From Vibrio vulnificus CMCP6 (GTDB lineage Bacteria; Pseudomonadota; Gammaproteobacteria; Enterobacterales; Vibrionaceae), in NCBI RefSeq assembly GCF_000039765.1, contig NC_004459.3:1470001-1502000 (forward strand): a DNA stretch of 32,000 nucleotides, in the 5' to 3' direction. A program made the position numbers and the translations under genes. Under the pieces are notes generated by a model, which worked only from the letters and a program-made list of their open reading frames with translations, did not search any database and had not been told where the DNA came from. Positions 14,183 through 23,382 of the stretch are shown here, piece by piece; the first letter of the stretch is position 1, and every line of letters starts with the position of its first letter.

Positions 14183-14914
14183 TTAAACTGCAATACCGAC
14201 TTCTAACTTATCTAGCCAATCTAAAAAACGTGGTACGTCATCACCACGGAAAATACCGCCGTGTTGCGGGCACATCATCTCTATATCCAGTTGGCTTACC
14301 TTGTCAATCCATGCTGATTTGGCTTTTTCCGATGGCATCCAACGTTGATGAAAATAGGCCATTTTCTCGATATGACTACCAAAGTCTTCAACGAAAAGTG
14401 GCGCGTCGATACGATCAAGTGCGGCGCCAATATCTCCGGACATTAAGATCTTTGCTTCAGGGTCATAGACGGAAAAATTTCCTGAAGAATGCATATAGTG
14501 GGCCGGAATAAATTGAATATCTAACCCTGCTAATGACACCGTTCCACCTTGATCTTTGATCGGAGCAAAGGTGATAGATTCCATACCAAAATGACGAATA
14601 AAGCCTTCCCAAAGCCAAGGTGAATGGAGCGTTGCTGAGGGGAGGGTTTTATCCCAAAGTCCAAGAGAGGAGATGATGTCGGGATCTTGATGCGATGCAA
14701 ATAGATGGGTAATTTGCTCAAGTGATATTTCTTTCACAACACTGCTGAGCATGGCAGAGAAAAGCTCGATACCACCAGGGTCGAGGAGCATCGCCTGGCC
14801 GTTGTGTACCAGCATATACTGATTAGTATCGATGATTTTGTCAGGCTTATGAGGATCTCTACCAAACATCAACCAACGGTGGGAGCCTTCTTCATAGAGA
14901 ATTTCTGAGCGCAT
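14183..14914 (-). CDS. Oxygen-binding di-iron (ODP)-like metallo-beta-lactamase-fold protein, putative sensory component
   Basis: Flavodiiron/ODP-like MBL pattern with degenerate ligands: ASHQDPDIISS, AHYMHSSGNF, LMSGDIGAAL, CPQHGGIFRGDD. No flavodoxin domain. 17-bp gap from the upstream MCP-like gene. Confidence 0.75.
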   Translation of the reverse strand: MRSEILYEEGSHRWLMFGRDPHKPDKIIDTNQYMLVHNGQAMLLDPGGIELFSAMLSSVVKEISLEQITHLFASHQDPDIISSLGLWDKTLPSATLHSPWLWEGFIRHFGMESITFAPIKDQGGTVSLAGLDIQFIPAHYMHSSGNFSVYDPEAKILMSGDIGAALDRIDAPLFVEDFGSHIEKMAYFHQRWMPSEKAKSAWIDKVSQLDIEMMCPQHGGIFRGDDVPRFLDWLDKLEVGIAV

Positions 14915-14931
14915 AATTTTTAATGTCCTTA

Positions 14932-15555
14932 TTACAAAAAGAGCGAAAAGAGTTTAAGAGAGAGTGAAACATGATGGCGAATTGCATCAGAGAATTCCGT
15001 TACACTATCGGCGATAGCGTTGAGTTGAATTCGGTAACGCTCGTCGACTTTAGATGCTTCAACGCTGAGCATAGTCGATATGATCTGAGCGATGCGCAGT
15101 TGGTCATAGAGCTCCTGAAGGGCTTCCTTTAGGGATTTAGCTTTGAGAGTAAATAAGGTGTTGAGTTGCTGATAATCTTCGTTAGCACGCTGTTTGGCTT
15201 GATTTAAACTGGATAGAAATATTGCTTCTTTGCTGCTTTGTTCCACACGATTCAACTGCTTTAACACAAATTGAGCACGAGTTCGCTCTGTGGCAATTTG
15301 ACTGAGTTGTTGAGCTTGTAGATTGATGGTATTTGAAGAATGAAATGTCAGGAGGACGAGCTCATCAATGGAATCCGTGACGGGTCTAAATCCTGCTGCA
15401 CTTTCTCCCGCTCTTAGAGCAAGCGCTCTGGCATTACTGGCAACCAGTTGTAGTTGTTTCGCAATTTTTAACCCTCGATTTAACTCTGCTGATACTTCAG
15501 TGGCAATAACGAATAGAGGTTTTCGTTCAATGGTGTCTCTCATTAACTCGCTCAA
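14932..15555 (-). CDS. Small soluble MCP-like helical protein with degenerate chemoreceptor hairpin tip
   Basis: Segment IAKQLQLVASNARALALRAGESAAGF aligns without gaps to the MCP tip [26 protein letters not shown] (14/26 identical). No transmembrane segment seen. The track start at 15555 is TTG; ATG at 15543 with a nearby purine-rich stretch is an alternative. Confidence 0.7.
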   Translation of the reverse strand: MSELMRDTIERKPLFVIATEVSAELNRGLKIAKQLQLVASNARALALRAGESAAGFRPVTDSIDELVLLTFHSSNTINLQAQQLSQIATERTRAQFVLKQLNRVEQSSKEAIFLSSLNQAKQRANEDYQQLNTLFTLKAKSLKEALQELYDQLRIAQIISTMLSVEASKVDERYRIQLNAIADSVTEFSDAIRHHVSLSLKLFSLFL

Positions 15556-15672
15556 TACACAGTTTGTTCTTATATAGGTATAGAGCTGAGTTGCATATTT
15601 GCCAATGCCTAAGGTTCTAAAATTGGCAGCGAGAAAAAGGAATTGAACGGAGATGAGCTAATGATAGATGTG

Positions 15673-15701
15673 AAAAAGCCGCATCAATGATGCGGCTTTT
15701 T
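15673..15701 (-). terminator. Terminator downstream of tRNA cluster 2
   Basis: Stem GCCGCATC / GATGCGGC with A/T-rich flanks giving a T-run on the minus strand. Confidence 0.8.
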
Positions 15702-15707
15702 CTAAGG

Positions 15708-15783
15708 TGGCTCCTCCTGCTGGGCTCGAACCAGCGACCTGCGGATTAACAGTCCGTCGCTCTACCGACTGAGCTAAGGAGGA
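15708..15783 (-). tRNA. tRNA-Asn(GTT)
   Basis: Reverse complement TCCTCCTTAGCTCAGTCGGTAGAGCGACGGACTGTTAATCCG...AGGAGGAGCCA. Confidence 0.96.
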
Positions 15784-15823
15784 ACTATTCTGTGTTTCTT
15801 GCAATGCAAGATAACGTTATAAA

Positions 15824-15899
<76 letters not shown>

Positions 15900-15934
15900 G
15901 CCTAAACAACAAGCTTTCGCTTATCCTTTGAAAG

Positions 15935-16010
15935 TGGCTCCTCCTGCTGGGCTCGAACCAGCGACCTGCGGATTAACAGTCCGTCGCTCTACCGACTGAG
16001 CTAAGGAGGA
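15935..16010 (-). tRNA. tRNA-Asn(GTT)
   Basis: Same sequence as the Asn tRNA at 15708-15783. Confidence 0.96.
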
Positions 16011-16049
16011 ACTATTCGGTTATTGTGTGTTAGCACAACTTAAAATAAG

Positions 16050-16125
16050 TGGTGCCTCGAGGCGGAATCGAACCACCGACACGAGGATTTTCAATCCTCT
16101 GCTCTACCGACTGAGCTATCGAGGC
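16050..16125 (-). tRNA. tRNA-Phe(GAA), acceptor-stem variant GCCTCGA/TCGAGGC
   Basis: Reverse complement GCCTCGATAGCTCAGTCGG...GATTGAAAATC...TCGAGGCACCA; body identical to the other two Phe tRNAs. Confidence 0.94.
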
Positions 16126-16132
16126 AAAAGAA

Positions 16133-16208
<76 letters not shown>

Positions 16209-16266
16209 GCACTATATTCTTTTTAAATTGTCGTTCGTACGTTAAGCACCAACGACTTTAAATTCG

Positions 16267-16342
16267 TGGTGCCCGGAGGCGGAATCGAACCACCGACACG
16301 AGGATTTTCAATCCTCTGCTCTACCGACTGAGCTATCCGGGC
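16267..16342 (-). tRNA. tRNA-Phe(GAA), standard acceptor GCCCGGA/TCCGGGC
   Basis: Reverse complement GCCCGGATAGCTCAGTCGG...GATTGAAAATC...TCCGGGCACCA. Confidence 0.96.
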
Positions 16343-16575
16343 GACGAGGTGTATTAAACGGTTTTTCGCTTTCTAGGTCAATATAAAAATGCAAAAAAAA
16401 TATCGTTTGCTGCTTTTGTGCCCGCTATGGGGTGTTTTTATTCGTTTTAAACGATGGAAGTACAGTATATAAACATCTAAGCGACATTTATTTATCAGAT
16501 TTAATGGGATGGACAGCGATTCCAGCAATAAAAAAGCACGCGATAAGACGTGCTTAGTTAGAAAACAGGTTTAGT

Positions 16576-18213
16576 TTAATGCTTTACGGAAAAATTATTG
16601 ACCCAGTTTTCGAGTTGGTTCGCTAAGGTCGCCAAGCTGCGCGTGCTGTTGTGACTCTCTGTGACGACGCTGGTAAGCTGATTGCCGCTGTCTTCAATCA
16701 TGTTGATACGCTGTGCAATATCATCACTCACTTGTGTTTGTTCTGCGGCGGCGGTCGCAATTTGTTGGCTCATGGTACTGATGGATTCCAAGGCTTGAAC
16801 GATCTGTTGCAACGCTTCTGAAGCTGTTTGCGATTCAACAACGGTGCTTTGGCTGGTCTCCGCACAGATTTCCATGGTTTGGATGGCATTGCGAGAACCT
16901 TGTTGCAAGTTATTGATCATCAACTGGATCTCTTTAGTGCTGGATTGGGTTCTTCCTGCAAGGTTACGTACTTCGTCCGCGACGACGGCAAAACCTCTTC
17001 CTTGCTCGCCAGCTCGAGCAGCCTCAATCGCAGCGTTGAGGGCCAACAAGTTGGTTTGCTCCGCAATATCGCCGATCACATCGAGCACTTTTACAATGTT
17101 GTTCACGTCTTTATCGAGATCTGCCACCGCTTGGCTGGCGGTGCCTAACTGGCTTGCCAATCCTTGGATGTTGCTGACGGTATTGTGAATCAGCACCTGT
17201 GTATGTTTACTCTGTTTATCGGCTTCATCCGTATTGTTGGCCGTATCACTGGCGGAATCGGCGACGTGATTTGCAGAAGAAGCCATTTCTGTCATCGCTG
17301 TTGCTATCATCGCGGTCGACTGTTGCTGCATCGCAGTGAGGTTGGAAATGGTATCGCTACGGCTTTCAACGGACGCCAGTTCGTCACGCAGTGCGTGCAT
17401 TGAACGTTCTAGGTTGCTGATCATCTCGGCTAAGGAGAGGCTCATCTCTTGCACGGCCTGGTAAATACTGCCTTGTGGCGCTTTATTGTCGAAACTGGTT
17501 TGGATGCGACCTTTTGCAACGTCTTGTACTGCGTTGCGCACATCATTTGGCTCGCCACCCAACAGATTCAGCATTTTATTGATGGAAACAATCAAGCCAC
17601 CCAAAATCGTGCCTGCAATCACAAGACAAAGGACCAACTGCCATTGGGCGGTAGACCAAAAGCGAGCATTCACTTCATTGAAGCCGATACCCGTACCGAC
17701 AACCCAACCCCAGTGTGGGGTTCTTTCTGCGATTGAGAGTTTTTCCTCAATCGAGCCATCGGCCAGTTTTTGCGTCCAAGTATATTCCACCAGTTGGCCT
17801 GTTTTTCGGCCAAGCACATCTAGGATTAACTGGCCAACGCTGTTGCCATTACCATCTCGAAAATCATGAAAACTGGTGCCATGAAGTTGTGGATCTAATG
17901 GAGTGGCAATAAAGATCATTTTTTCATCGGCAACGTAAACATACTCATTGTCTTTGTAGATGTTATTACGCAGTAGTCGAGTGGCTAATGCTTTCGCTTC
18001 TGGCTCAGACATTTTTCCTTCTACGGCCATTTTCTCGACTTCGGTCAGGATGCTATAAGCGCTGCGAAAGAGTTCGGTTACTCGTGCTTTGTTATCTAGA
18101 TTACTGGCCACCCTTAGTGTCCAAAGGCCAGTAGCGGTTAACGCGAGTAGGGCAATTAAGATAATTCCCGATAATAAATAAGCTTGTGTCTTAAGTTTCA
18201 TAAAAATGCTCAT
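16576..18213 (-). CDS. Methyl-accepting chemotaxis protein with periplasmic Cache (sCache_2-like) domain
   Basis: Two hydrophobic segments around a Cache-like region ([38 protein letters not shown]...GWVVGTGI), plus canonical signalling tip [37 protein letters not shown]. Likely start ATG at 18201. Confidence 0.93.
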   Translation of the reverse strand: MSIFMKLKTQAYLLSGIILIALLALTATGLWTLRVASNLDNKARVTELFRSAYSILTEVEKMAVEGKMSEPEAKALATRLLRNNIYKDNEYVYVADEKMIFIATPLDPQLHGTSFHDFRDGNGNSVGQLILDVLGRKTGQLVEYTWTQKLADGSIEEKLSIAERTPHWGWVVGTGIGFNEVNARFWSTAQWQLVLCLVIAGTILGGLIVSINKMLNLLGGEPNDVRNAVQDVAKGRIQTSFDNKAPQGSIYQAVQEMSLSLAEMISNLERSMHALRDELASVESRSDTISNLTAMQQQSTAMIATAMTEMASSANHVADSASDTANNTDEADKQSKHTQVLIHNTVSNIQGLASQLGTASQAVADLDKDVNNIVKVLDVIGDIAEQTNLLALNAAIEAARAGEQGRGFAVVADEVRNLAGRTQSSTKEIQLMINNLQQGSRNAIQTMEICAETSQSTVVESQTASEALQQIVQALESISTMSQQIATAAAEQTQVSDDIAQRINMIEDSGNQLTSVVTESHNSTRSLATLANQLENWVNNFSVKH

Positions 18214-18403
18214 ATTGTAGTCACAATGAACACGGCAAATGCTTGGTTTGTCCGTTTAATTGAAATGAAATATTAATGTAGCACGAGTGAAACAAGTAGC
18301 TGCTTAGCGTCAAAGCATGATCGTGATTAAATTTATAGCGTGAAAAAAGTATAAATGGAGGAAAAGTAATGAATTGGCAGGGAAATAAAGCGCAGAAATG
18401 AAA

Positions 18404-18429
18404 AAAGCCAAGTCTTTCGACTTGGCTTT
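18404..18429 (-). terminator. Terminator downstream of tRNA cluster 1, upstream of the MCP gene
   Basis: 11-bp stem AAAGCCAAGTC-TTTC-GACTTGGCTTT; the adjacent A-run (18401-18406) gives a T-run on the minus strand. Confidence 0.8.
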
Positions 18430-18435
18430 TAAAGG

Positions 18436-18511
18436 TGGCTCCTCCTGCTGGGCTCGAACCAGCGACCTGCGGATTAACAGTCCGTCGCTCTACCGACTGA
18501 GCTAAGGAGGA
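18436..18511 (-). tRNA. tRNA-Asn(GTT)
   Basis: Same sequence as the Asn tRNAs in cluster 2. Confidence 0.96.
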
Positions 18512-18525
18512 ACAAATTTTAATAA

Positions 18526-18601
<76 letters not shown>

Positions 18602-18655
18602 ACACTATATTCTTTAATTATCGCTTGTACTATTTGCACCAACGATTTGAATTCG

Positions 18656-18731
18656 TGGTGCCCGGAGGCGGAATCGAACCACCGACACGAGGATTTTCAA
18701 TCCTCTGCTCTACCGACTGAGCTATCCGGGC
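18656..18731 (-). tRNA. tRNA-Phe(GAA)
   Basis: Same sequence as the tRNA-Phe at 16267-16342. Confidence 0.96.
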
Positions 18732-18831
18732 GACGGAGCGCTATTAAACGGATTTTTTATCTGCCTCGTCAACCGATTTTTGCAAAAAAAGTAAAAAATT
18801 GATCATTTGCTTAGAAAATATTCATTTGTAA

Positions 18832-19971
18832 TCAAAGAGAATGTCCTTGATTAAAGTCTTGCTTGAATTTGGTTACTTTTTCCAAATAACGGCGAGCTTC
18901 CGCATTGGGGTGTTTTTTGGTTAATGCCCAATAAACTTGATTGGGTTGCAATGCGTTGAGATCGCGCATTGCGCGCTTGCGATCGTTGCGATTAAAGGTG
19001 TTGAGTACACCGCCTGTACCACCGTTGTAGGCTGAAATCATCGAATATTCGAGAGATGTTGGATGATTGACCTCTTTCAGATAGCGGTTTTTCAACAGAT
19101 AAAAATAGGCCGTTCCGGTGTCGATATTGTTTTCTGGGTTAAAGAGATATTCCGGACTGGGTTCGCCACTGCGATTTTTAACCAAGTTGAACACATCGCG
19201 GCCTGCGGTTTTCGGTACGACTTGCATTAAGCCATAGGCGTTTGCCCAGCTCACGGCATAAGGGTTGAAACTGCTTTCGGTTTTGATGATGGCGTAAATC
19301 AGATCTTCGGGAATGTCGTACTTTCTTGAGGCGCGGCGTACGATATCGGCGTATTTATAACTGCGTTTGTCTACGTGGTCTGCCACCATGGGAATTTCAA
19401 CGTAGTAGGCTTTCTTAAAATCAACCGTACGTGTCTTGAGTTTATTGGCGATCAGATAATCGGCAAAGCGATTGGCGCGCCAAGTCCACTGGATAGCTTG
19501 TTTGTCTTGATCTAACACTTGATTGTAGAGAAAAGGTTGCCCTTCCAAGCGGATCTCTTTGGAGGAGAAAAGATCGACATTGGCCGGATCATCTGGAGTT
19601 AGCAAGGTAGTGATAATGGCATTTTTCAGGTGCTGTTTGGGTTCTGTGGGTGAAACCGTCTCAATGAGGATGGTGCCATTGCTAAAGTTGACATCGGCTC
19701 GGCTGAGGTAATTATCTATGTATTTCACATAGTTACTTTTGCCTGCCATTTTTATTTCTCGGCTCCCCCAGCGTTTTTCAATATTGCCTGAGAAGCTGTT
19801 GATCAAAGCATCCAGTGCTGCCGTGTCTTTTTCAAATTGTCCTGGCAGCTCTGCGAGATTTTTAGCAAAGCGGTTGGTCGGTTGGTAATTGACGTCATAG
19901 ATGTTTTCGATAAATTCGCGGCTACAACCGGTTAAGAGCAATGCAGCTAAAAAATACCCAAACTTTTTCAT
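18832..19971 (-). CDS. mltC: Membrane-bound lytic murein transglycosylase C
   Basis: Lipoprotein signal MKKFGYFLAALLLTGC; SLT-type domain (IIKTESSFNPYAVSWANAYGLMQVVPKTAGRDVF). Confidence 0.93.
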   Translation of the reverse strand: MKKFGYFLAALLLTGCSREFIENIYDVNYQPTNRFAKNLAELPGQFEKDTAALDALINSFSGNIEKRWGSREIKMAGKSNYVKYIDNYLSRADVNFSNGTILIETVSPTEPKQHLKNAIITTLLTPDDPANVDLFSSKEIRLEGQPFLYNQVLDQDKQAIQWTWRANRFADYLIANKLKTRTVDFKKAYYVEIPMVADHVDKRSYKYADIVRRASRKYDIPEDLIYAIIKTESSFNPYAVSWANAYGLMQVVPKTAGRDVFNLVKNRSGEPSPEYLFNPENNIDTGTAYFYLLKNRYLKEVNHPTSLEYSMISAYNGGTGGVLNTFNRNDRKRAMRDLNALQPNQVYWALTKKHPNAEARRYLEKVTKFKQDFNQGHSL

Positions 19972-20050
19972 CGTTTACCTATTCAAACCTAAAAAAATGA
20001 CACCAAAGCGTTGGCTATGATGTCATTGATTAACCATGAAGAAAACCAGA

Positions 20051-20323
20051 TTATTTGCTCGGTGGTGTGTAACCTTCGATATGGACTTCTTTACCTTCAA
20101 AGAGGAAGTTAACCATTTCAGTTTCGAGCAATTTGCGGTGTTCAGGATCCATCATGTTGAGCTTTTTCTCATTGATCAACATGGTTTGCTTATGCTGCCA
20201 CTGACCCCAAGCTTCTTTAGAAATGTTGTCAAAGATGCGCTTTCCAAGCTCTCCTGGGTACAACTGAAAATCTAAACCATCAGCTTCTTTGTTTAGACGA
20301 GCACAAAACACAGTGCGGCTCAT
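20051..20323 (-). CDS. yggX: Probable Fe(2+)-trafficking protein YggX
   Basis: [42 protein letters not shown] is the characteristic YggX sequence; adjacent to mutY. Confidence 0.95.
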   Translation of the reverse strand: MSRTVFCARLNKEADGLDFQLYPGELGKRIFDNISKEAWGQWQHKQTMLINEKKLNMMDPEHRKLLETEMVNFLFEGKEVHIEGYTPPSK

Positions 20324-20344
20324 AATGACTCCTTAAATAAAGCA

Positions 20345-21397
20345 TTAACGAAGTTCATGGGGCAAGCTCTCCAGCAACTGTTTGACGGGAGCCGCTAACC
20401 CAACTTCTCCGGGATTGGCTAAGTTATACCAAAGACCATTGCTGGCTTCCATCACCATGTCAGGTTGCTTTGATAGGTCCAGCAAAATCGGAGTGATGTC
20501 GAGATGGTAATGGCTAAAAGTATGGCGAAAAGCAATTAAGGTGTTTTGTGTGCGAATGTCACCCTCTTTTATGCCTCGCTTCTCGAGCAGTGCTTCAAGT
20601 TGTGCATGCTCATTTTGCGGAAAGCAAAACAATCCGCCCCAAATGCCACTTTGTGGCCTTTGTTCCAACCACACTTGATTGTTGTAGTGCAACATGGCAA
20701 ACCATGTCTCTTTGACGGGTTTCTCTTTTTTAGGCTTTTTGCCGGGATAGTCCAGTGGGTTACCTTGTTTGTTGGCTTGGCATAGCTCGGCTACCGGGCA
20801 CAATGTGCATTTGGGTTTGCTGCGTGTGCAGACCATTGCCCCCATATCCATCATCGCTTGGTTGTATTTATCGACATCGGTGTTGGGTGTGTGTGCTTCC
20901 GCTAATTGCCACAATTGGTTTTCGACCGTTTTTTGCCCAGGCCAACCTTCAACGGCAAAGGCGCGAGATAAGGTGCGTTTCACATTGCCATCAAGAATGG
21001 CATGTGGCTGTTTGTGAACGGAAGAGAGCACGGCAGCGGCGGTAGAGCGGCCAATCCCCGGCAGAGCATTCATCTGCTCCAGTTCCAATGGAAATTCACC
21101 ATGATATTGCTCAGCCACCATTTTCGCGGCTTTGTGCAGATTGCGTGCGCGAGCGTAGTAGCCTAACCCCGTCCATAGATGAAGCACTTCATCTTGCTCG
21201 GCGTTGGCGAGATCAACTACGGTCGGAAAGCGCTGTAAAAAACGTTGGTAATAGGGAATTACGGTCGCAACTTGCGTTTGTTGCAGCATAATTTCCGATA
21301 ACCAAACGCTGTAGGCGCTCTTATTGTGTTGCCAAGGAAGGTTTTTTCTTCCGTAGGCGTCATACCATTTCAAAATGGCGCTGGCAAAAGGTGTCAC
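20345..21397 (-). CDS. mutY: A/G-specific adenine glycosylase
   Basis: [35 protein letters not shown] and the Cys cluster [17 protein letters not shown]. Confidence 0.96.
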   Translation of the reverse strand: MTPFASAILKWYDAYGRKNLPWQHNKSAYSVWLSEIMLQQTQVATVIPYYQRFLQRFPTVVDLANAEQDEVLHLWTGLGYYARARNLHKAAKMVAEQYHGEFPLELEQMNALPGIGRSTAAAVLSSVHKQPHAILDGNVKRTLSRAFAVEGWPGQKTVENQLWQLAEAHTPNTDVDKYNQAMMDMGAMVCTRSKPKCTLCPVAELCQANKQGNPLDYPGKKPKKEKPVKETWFAMLHYNNQVWLEQRPQSGIWGGLFCFPQNEHAQLEALLEKRGIKEGDIRTQNTLIAFRHTFSHYHLDITPILLDLSKQPDMVMEASNGLWYNLANPGEVGLAAPVKQLLESLPHELR

Positions 21398-21562
21398 GAC
21401 ATGCTCTGTGTTCTATTATTTGTAGGCAAAATTGCACCACAGATTGTGGTGAAAGTACAACCGACAAAGTGTGGGGATAATGGTTTTTATTGATAACACT
21501 TGCACCAAAGAAAATTCTTTGGATAATCCCCGCTTTGATTAATCAATGTGCAGGCAGAATCC

Positions 21563-22282
21563 ATGAGTGAAGTCACCACTAACGAATACAATGAAGACGG
21601 CAAGCTGATCCGCAAAATCCGCAGTTTTGTTCGTCGCGAAGGCCGTTTAACCAAAGGTCAAGAAAATGCGATGAAAGAGTGCTGGCCAACAATGGGTATC
21701 GATTACCAAAAGCAACTTCTTGATTGGAAAGAGGTATTTGGTAACGATAATCCTGTCGTGCTTGAAATTGGCTTTGGTATGGGCGCTTCTTTGGTTGAAA
21801 TGGCGAAAAATGCCCCTGAAAAGAACTTCTTTGGTATTGAAGTGCACAGCCCTGGCGTTGGTGCGTGTCTGTCAGACGCTCGTGAAGCGGGCATCAGCAA
21901 TCTGCGTGTGATGTGTCATGATGCGGTTGAAGTGTTTGAGCACATGATTCCGAACGACAGCCTAGCCACTTTGCAATTGTTCTTCCCAGACCCATGGCAC
22001 AAAAAGCGCCATCACAAGCGTCGTATTGTACAGCTTGAGTTTGCGGAAATGGTTCGTCAAAAGCTGATCCCGAATGAAGGTATCTTCCATATGGCGACGG
22101 ATTGGGAAAACTACGCTGAGCACATGATTGAAATCATGAACCAAGCGCCAGGTTACCGCAACATTGCCGAAGCAGGTGATTATATTCCACGCCCTGAAGA
22201 GCGTCCGCTGACCAAATTCGAAGCGCGTGGCCATCGTCTCGGCCACGGTGTGTGGGATATTAAATTTAAGCGAGTGAGCTAA
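21563..22282 (+). CDS. trmB: tRNA (guanine-N7-)-methyltransferase
   Basis: [35 protein letters not shown] and [16 protein letters not shown] motifs; likely start ATG 21563 within ORF 21548-22282. Confidence 0.95.
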   Translation: MSEVTTNEYNEDGKLIRKIRSFVRREGRLTKGQENAMKECWPTMGIDYQKQLLDWKEVFGNDNPVVLEIGFGMGASLVEMAKNAPEKNFFGIEVHSPGVGACLSDAREAGISNLRVMCHDAVEVFEHMIPNDSLATLQLFFPDPWHKKRHHKRRIVQLEFAEMVRQKLIPNEGIFHMATDWENYAEHMIEIMNQAPGYRNIAEAGDYIPRPEERPLTKFEARGHRLGHGVWDIKFKRVS

Positions 22283-22339
22283 TCGCGGATTTATTGTTTG
22301 ACTGGTTTTTATAAAATCAGCACACTGCGAAAAAGAAGA

Positions 22340-22367
22340 GCCAACATTGAGAAATGTTGGCTTTTTT
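22340..22367 (+). terminator. Rho-independent terminator between trmB and glsB
   Basis: 9-bp stem GCCAACATT-GAGA-AATGTTGGC followed by TTTTTT. Confidence 0.85.
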
Positions 22368-22408
22368 GACCCTACAATAAACACAATAATGGTTTGGTAA
22401 AGTCTGTC

Positions 22409-23329
22409 ATGAAGCCAACAAAAGAACTGCTCAACGAAATTTTGCATGAAGTTCGCCCTTTGATTGGGCGTGGGAAAGTCGCCAACTATATTCCTGCTTT
22501 GGCCAGAGTGCCGGCGCATAAGCTTGCTATCGCGGTGTACACCAATCAAGGTGAGGTGATCAAAGCGGGAGATGCCGATGAGGCGTTCTCGATTCAATCC
22601 ATTTCTAAGGCGCTGAGTTTAACTCTCGCCATGGGCCTGTATCAGCCGGACGAAATTTGGCGTCGAGTGGGCAAGGAGCCTTCTGGACAGGCGTTTAACT
22701 CGCTGATTCAGTTAGAAATGGAGCAGGGGATTCCGCGCAACCCGTTCATTAATGCGGGGGCGATTGTGGTGGCCGATCTGCTGGCCAGCCGTTTATCTGC
22801 GCCACGCCAGCGTTTGCTGGAATTTGTCCGCCAGCTTTCTGGTGAAACGCATATCTGTTACGACAAAGTGGTGGCGGCCTCTGAAATGATGCACAGCGAC
22901 CGCAATGCGGCCATTGCCTATCTGATGCGCTCATTTGGCAATTTTGAGAACGAAGTGATCCCGGTGTTGAACAACTACTTCCATGCTTGCGCATTGAAAA
23001 TGAGTTGTGTCGATTTGGCTAAGACCTTTAGTTATTTAGCGAACAAAGGCGTGTCGGTACACACAGACCAACGCGTTATTAGCCCAGTGCAAACTAAACA
23101 GCTCAATGCCTTATTGGCAACCTGTGGCTTGTACGATGGGGCGGGGGAGTTTGCGTATCGCGTGGGAATGCCGGGCAAATCGGGCGTGGGCGGCGGGATC
23201 ATCGCCATCGTGCCGGGGGAAATGACCATTGCGGTTTGGTCACCAGAGTTAGACCCGTCAGGAAACTCGTTAGCGGGCACGAAAGCGCTAGAGTTGCTTT
23301 CTGAGCGAATTGGGCGTTCGATTTTTTAA
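22409..23329 (+). CDS. glsB: Glutaminase
   Basis: [32 protein letters not shown] and [11 protein letters not shown], typical serine-dependent glutaminase motifs. Confidence 0.93.
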   Translation: MKPTKELLNEILHEVRPLIGRGKVANYIPALARVPAHKLAIAVYTNQGEVIKAGDADEAFSIQSISKALSLTLAMGLYQPDEIWRRVGKEPSGQAFNSLIQLEMEQGIPRNPFINAGAIVVADLLASRLSAPRQRLLEFVRQLSGETHICYDKVVAASEMMHSDRNAAIAYLMRSFGNFENEVIPVLNNYFHACALKMSCVDLAKTFSYLANKGVSVHTDQRVISPVQTKQLNALLATCGLYDGAGEFAYRVGMPGKSGVGGGIIAIVPGEMTIAVWSPELDPSGNSLAGTKALELLSERIGRSIF

Positions 23330-23382
23330 TACCCCAATCTTTCAGGATCCATGAGGGATAAGGGAAATCGCAAGGAGGCGAG

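Noticed and set aside
16828-17912. Plus-strand ORFs antisense to the MCP gene (16828-17148, 16844-17188, 17164-17403, 17449-17736, 17486-17869, 17715-17912)
   Set aside because: Opposite strand of a clearly coding MCP; no recognisable motifs, low-complexity composition.
21962-22597. 211-aa minus-strand ORF across trmB and glsB start
   Set aside because: Antisense to two well-supported genes and crosses an intergenic terminator.
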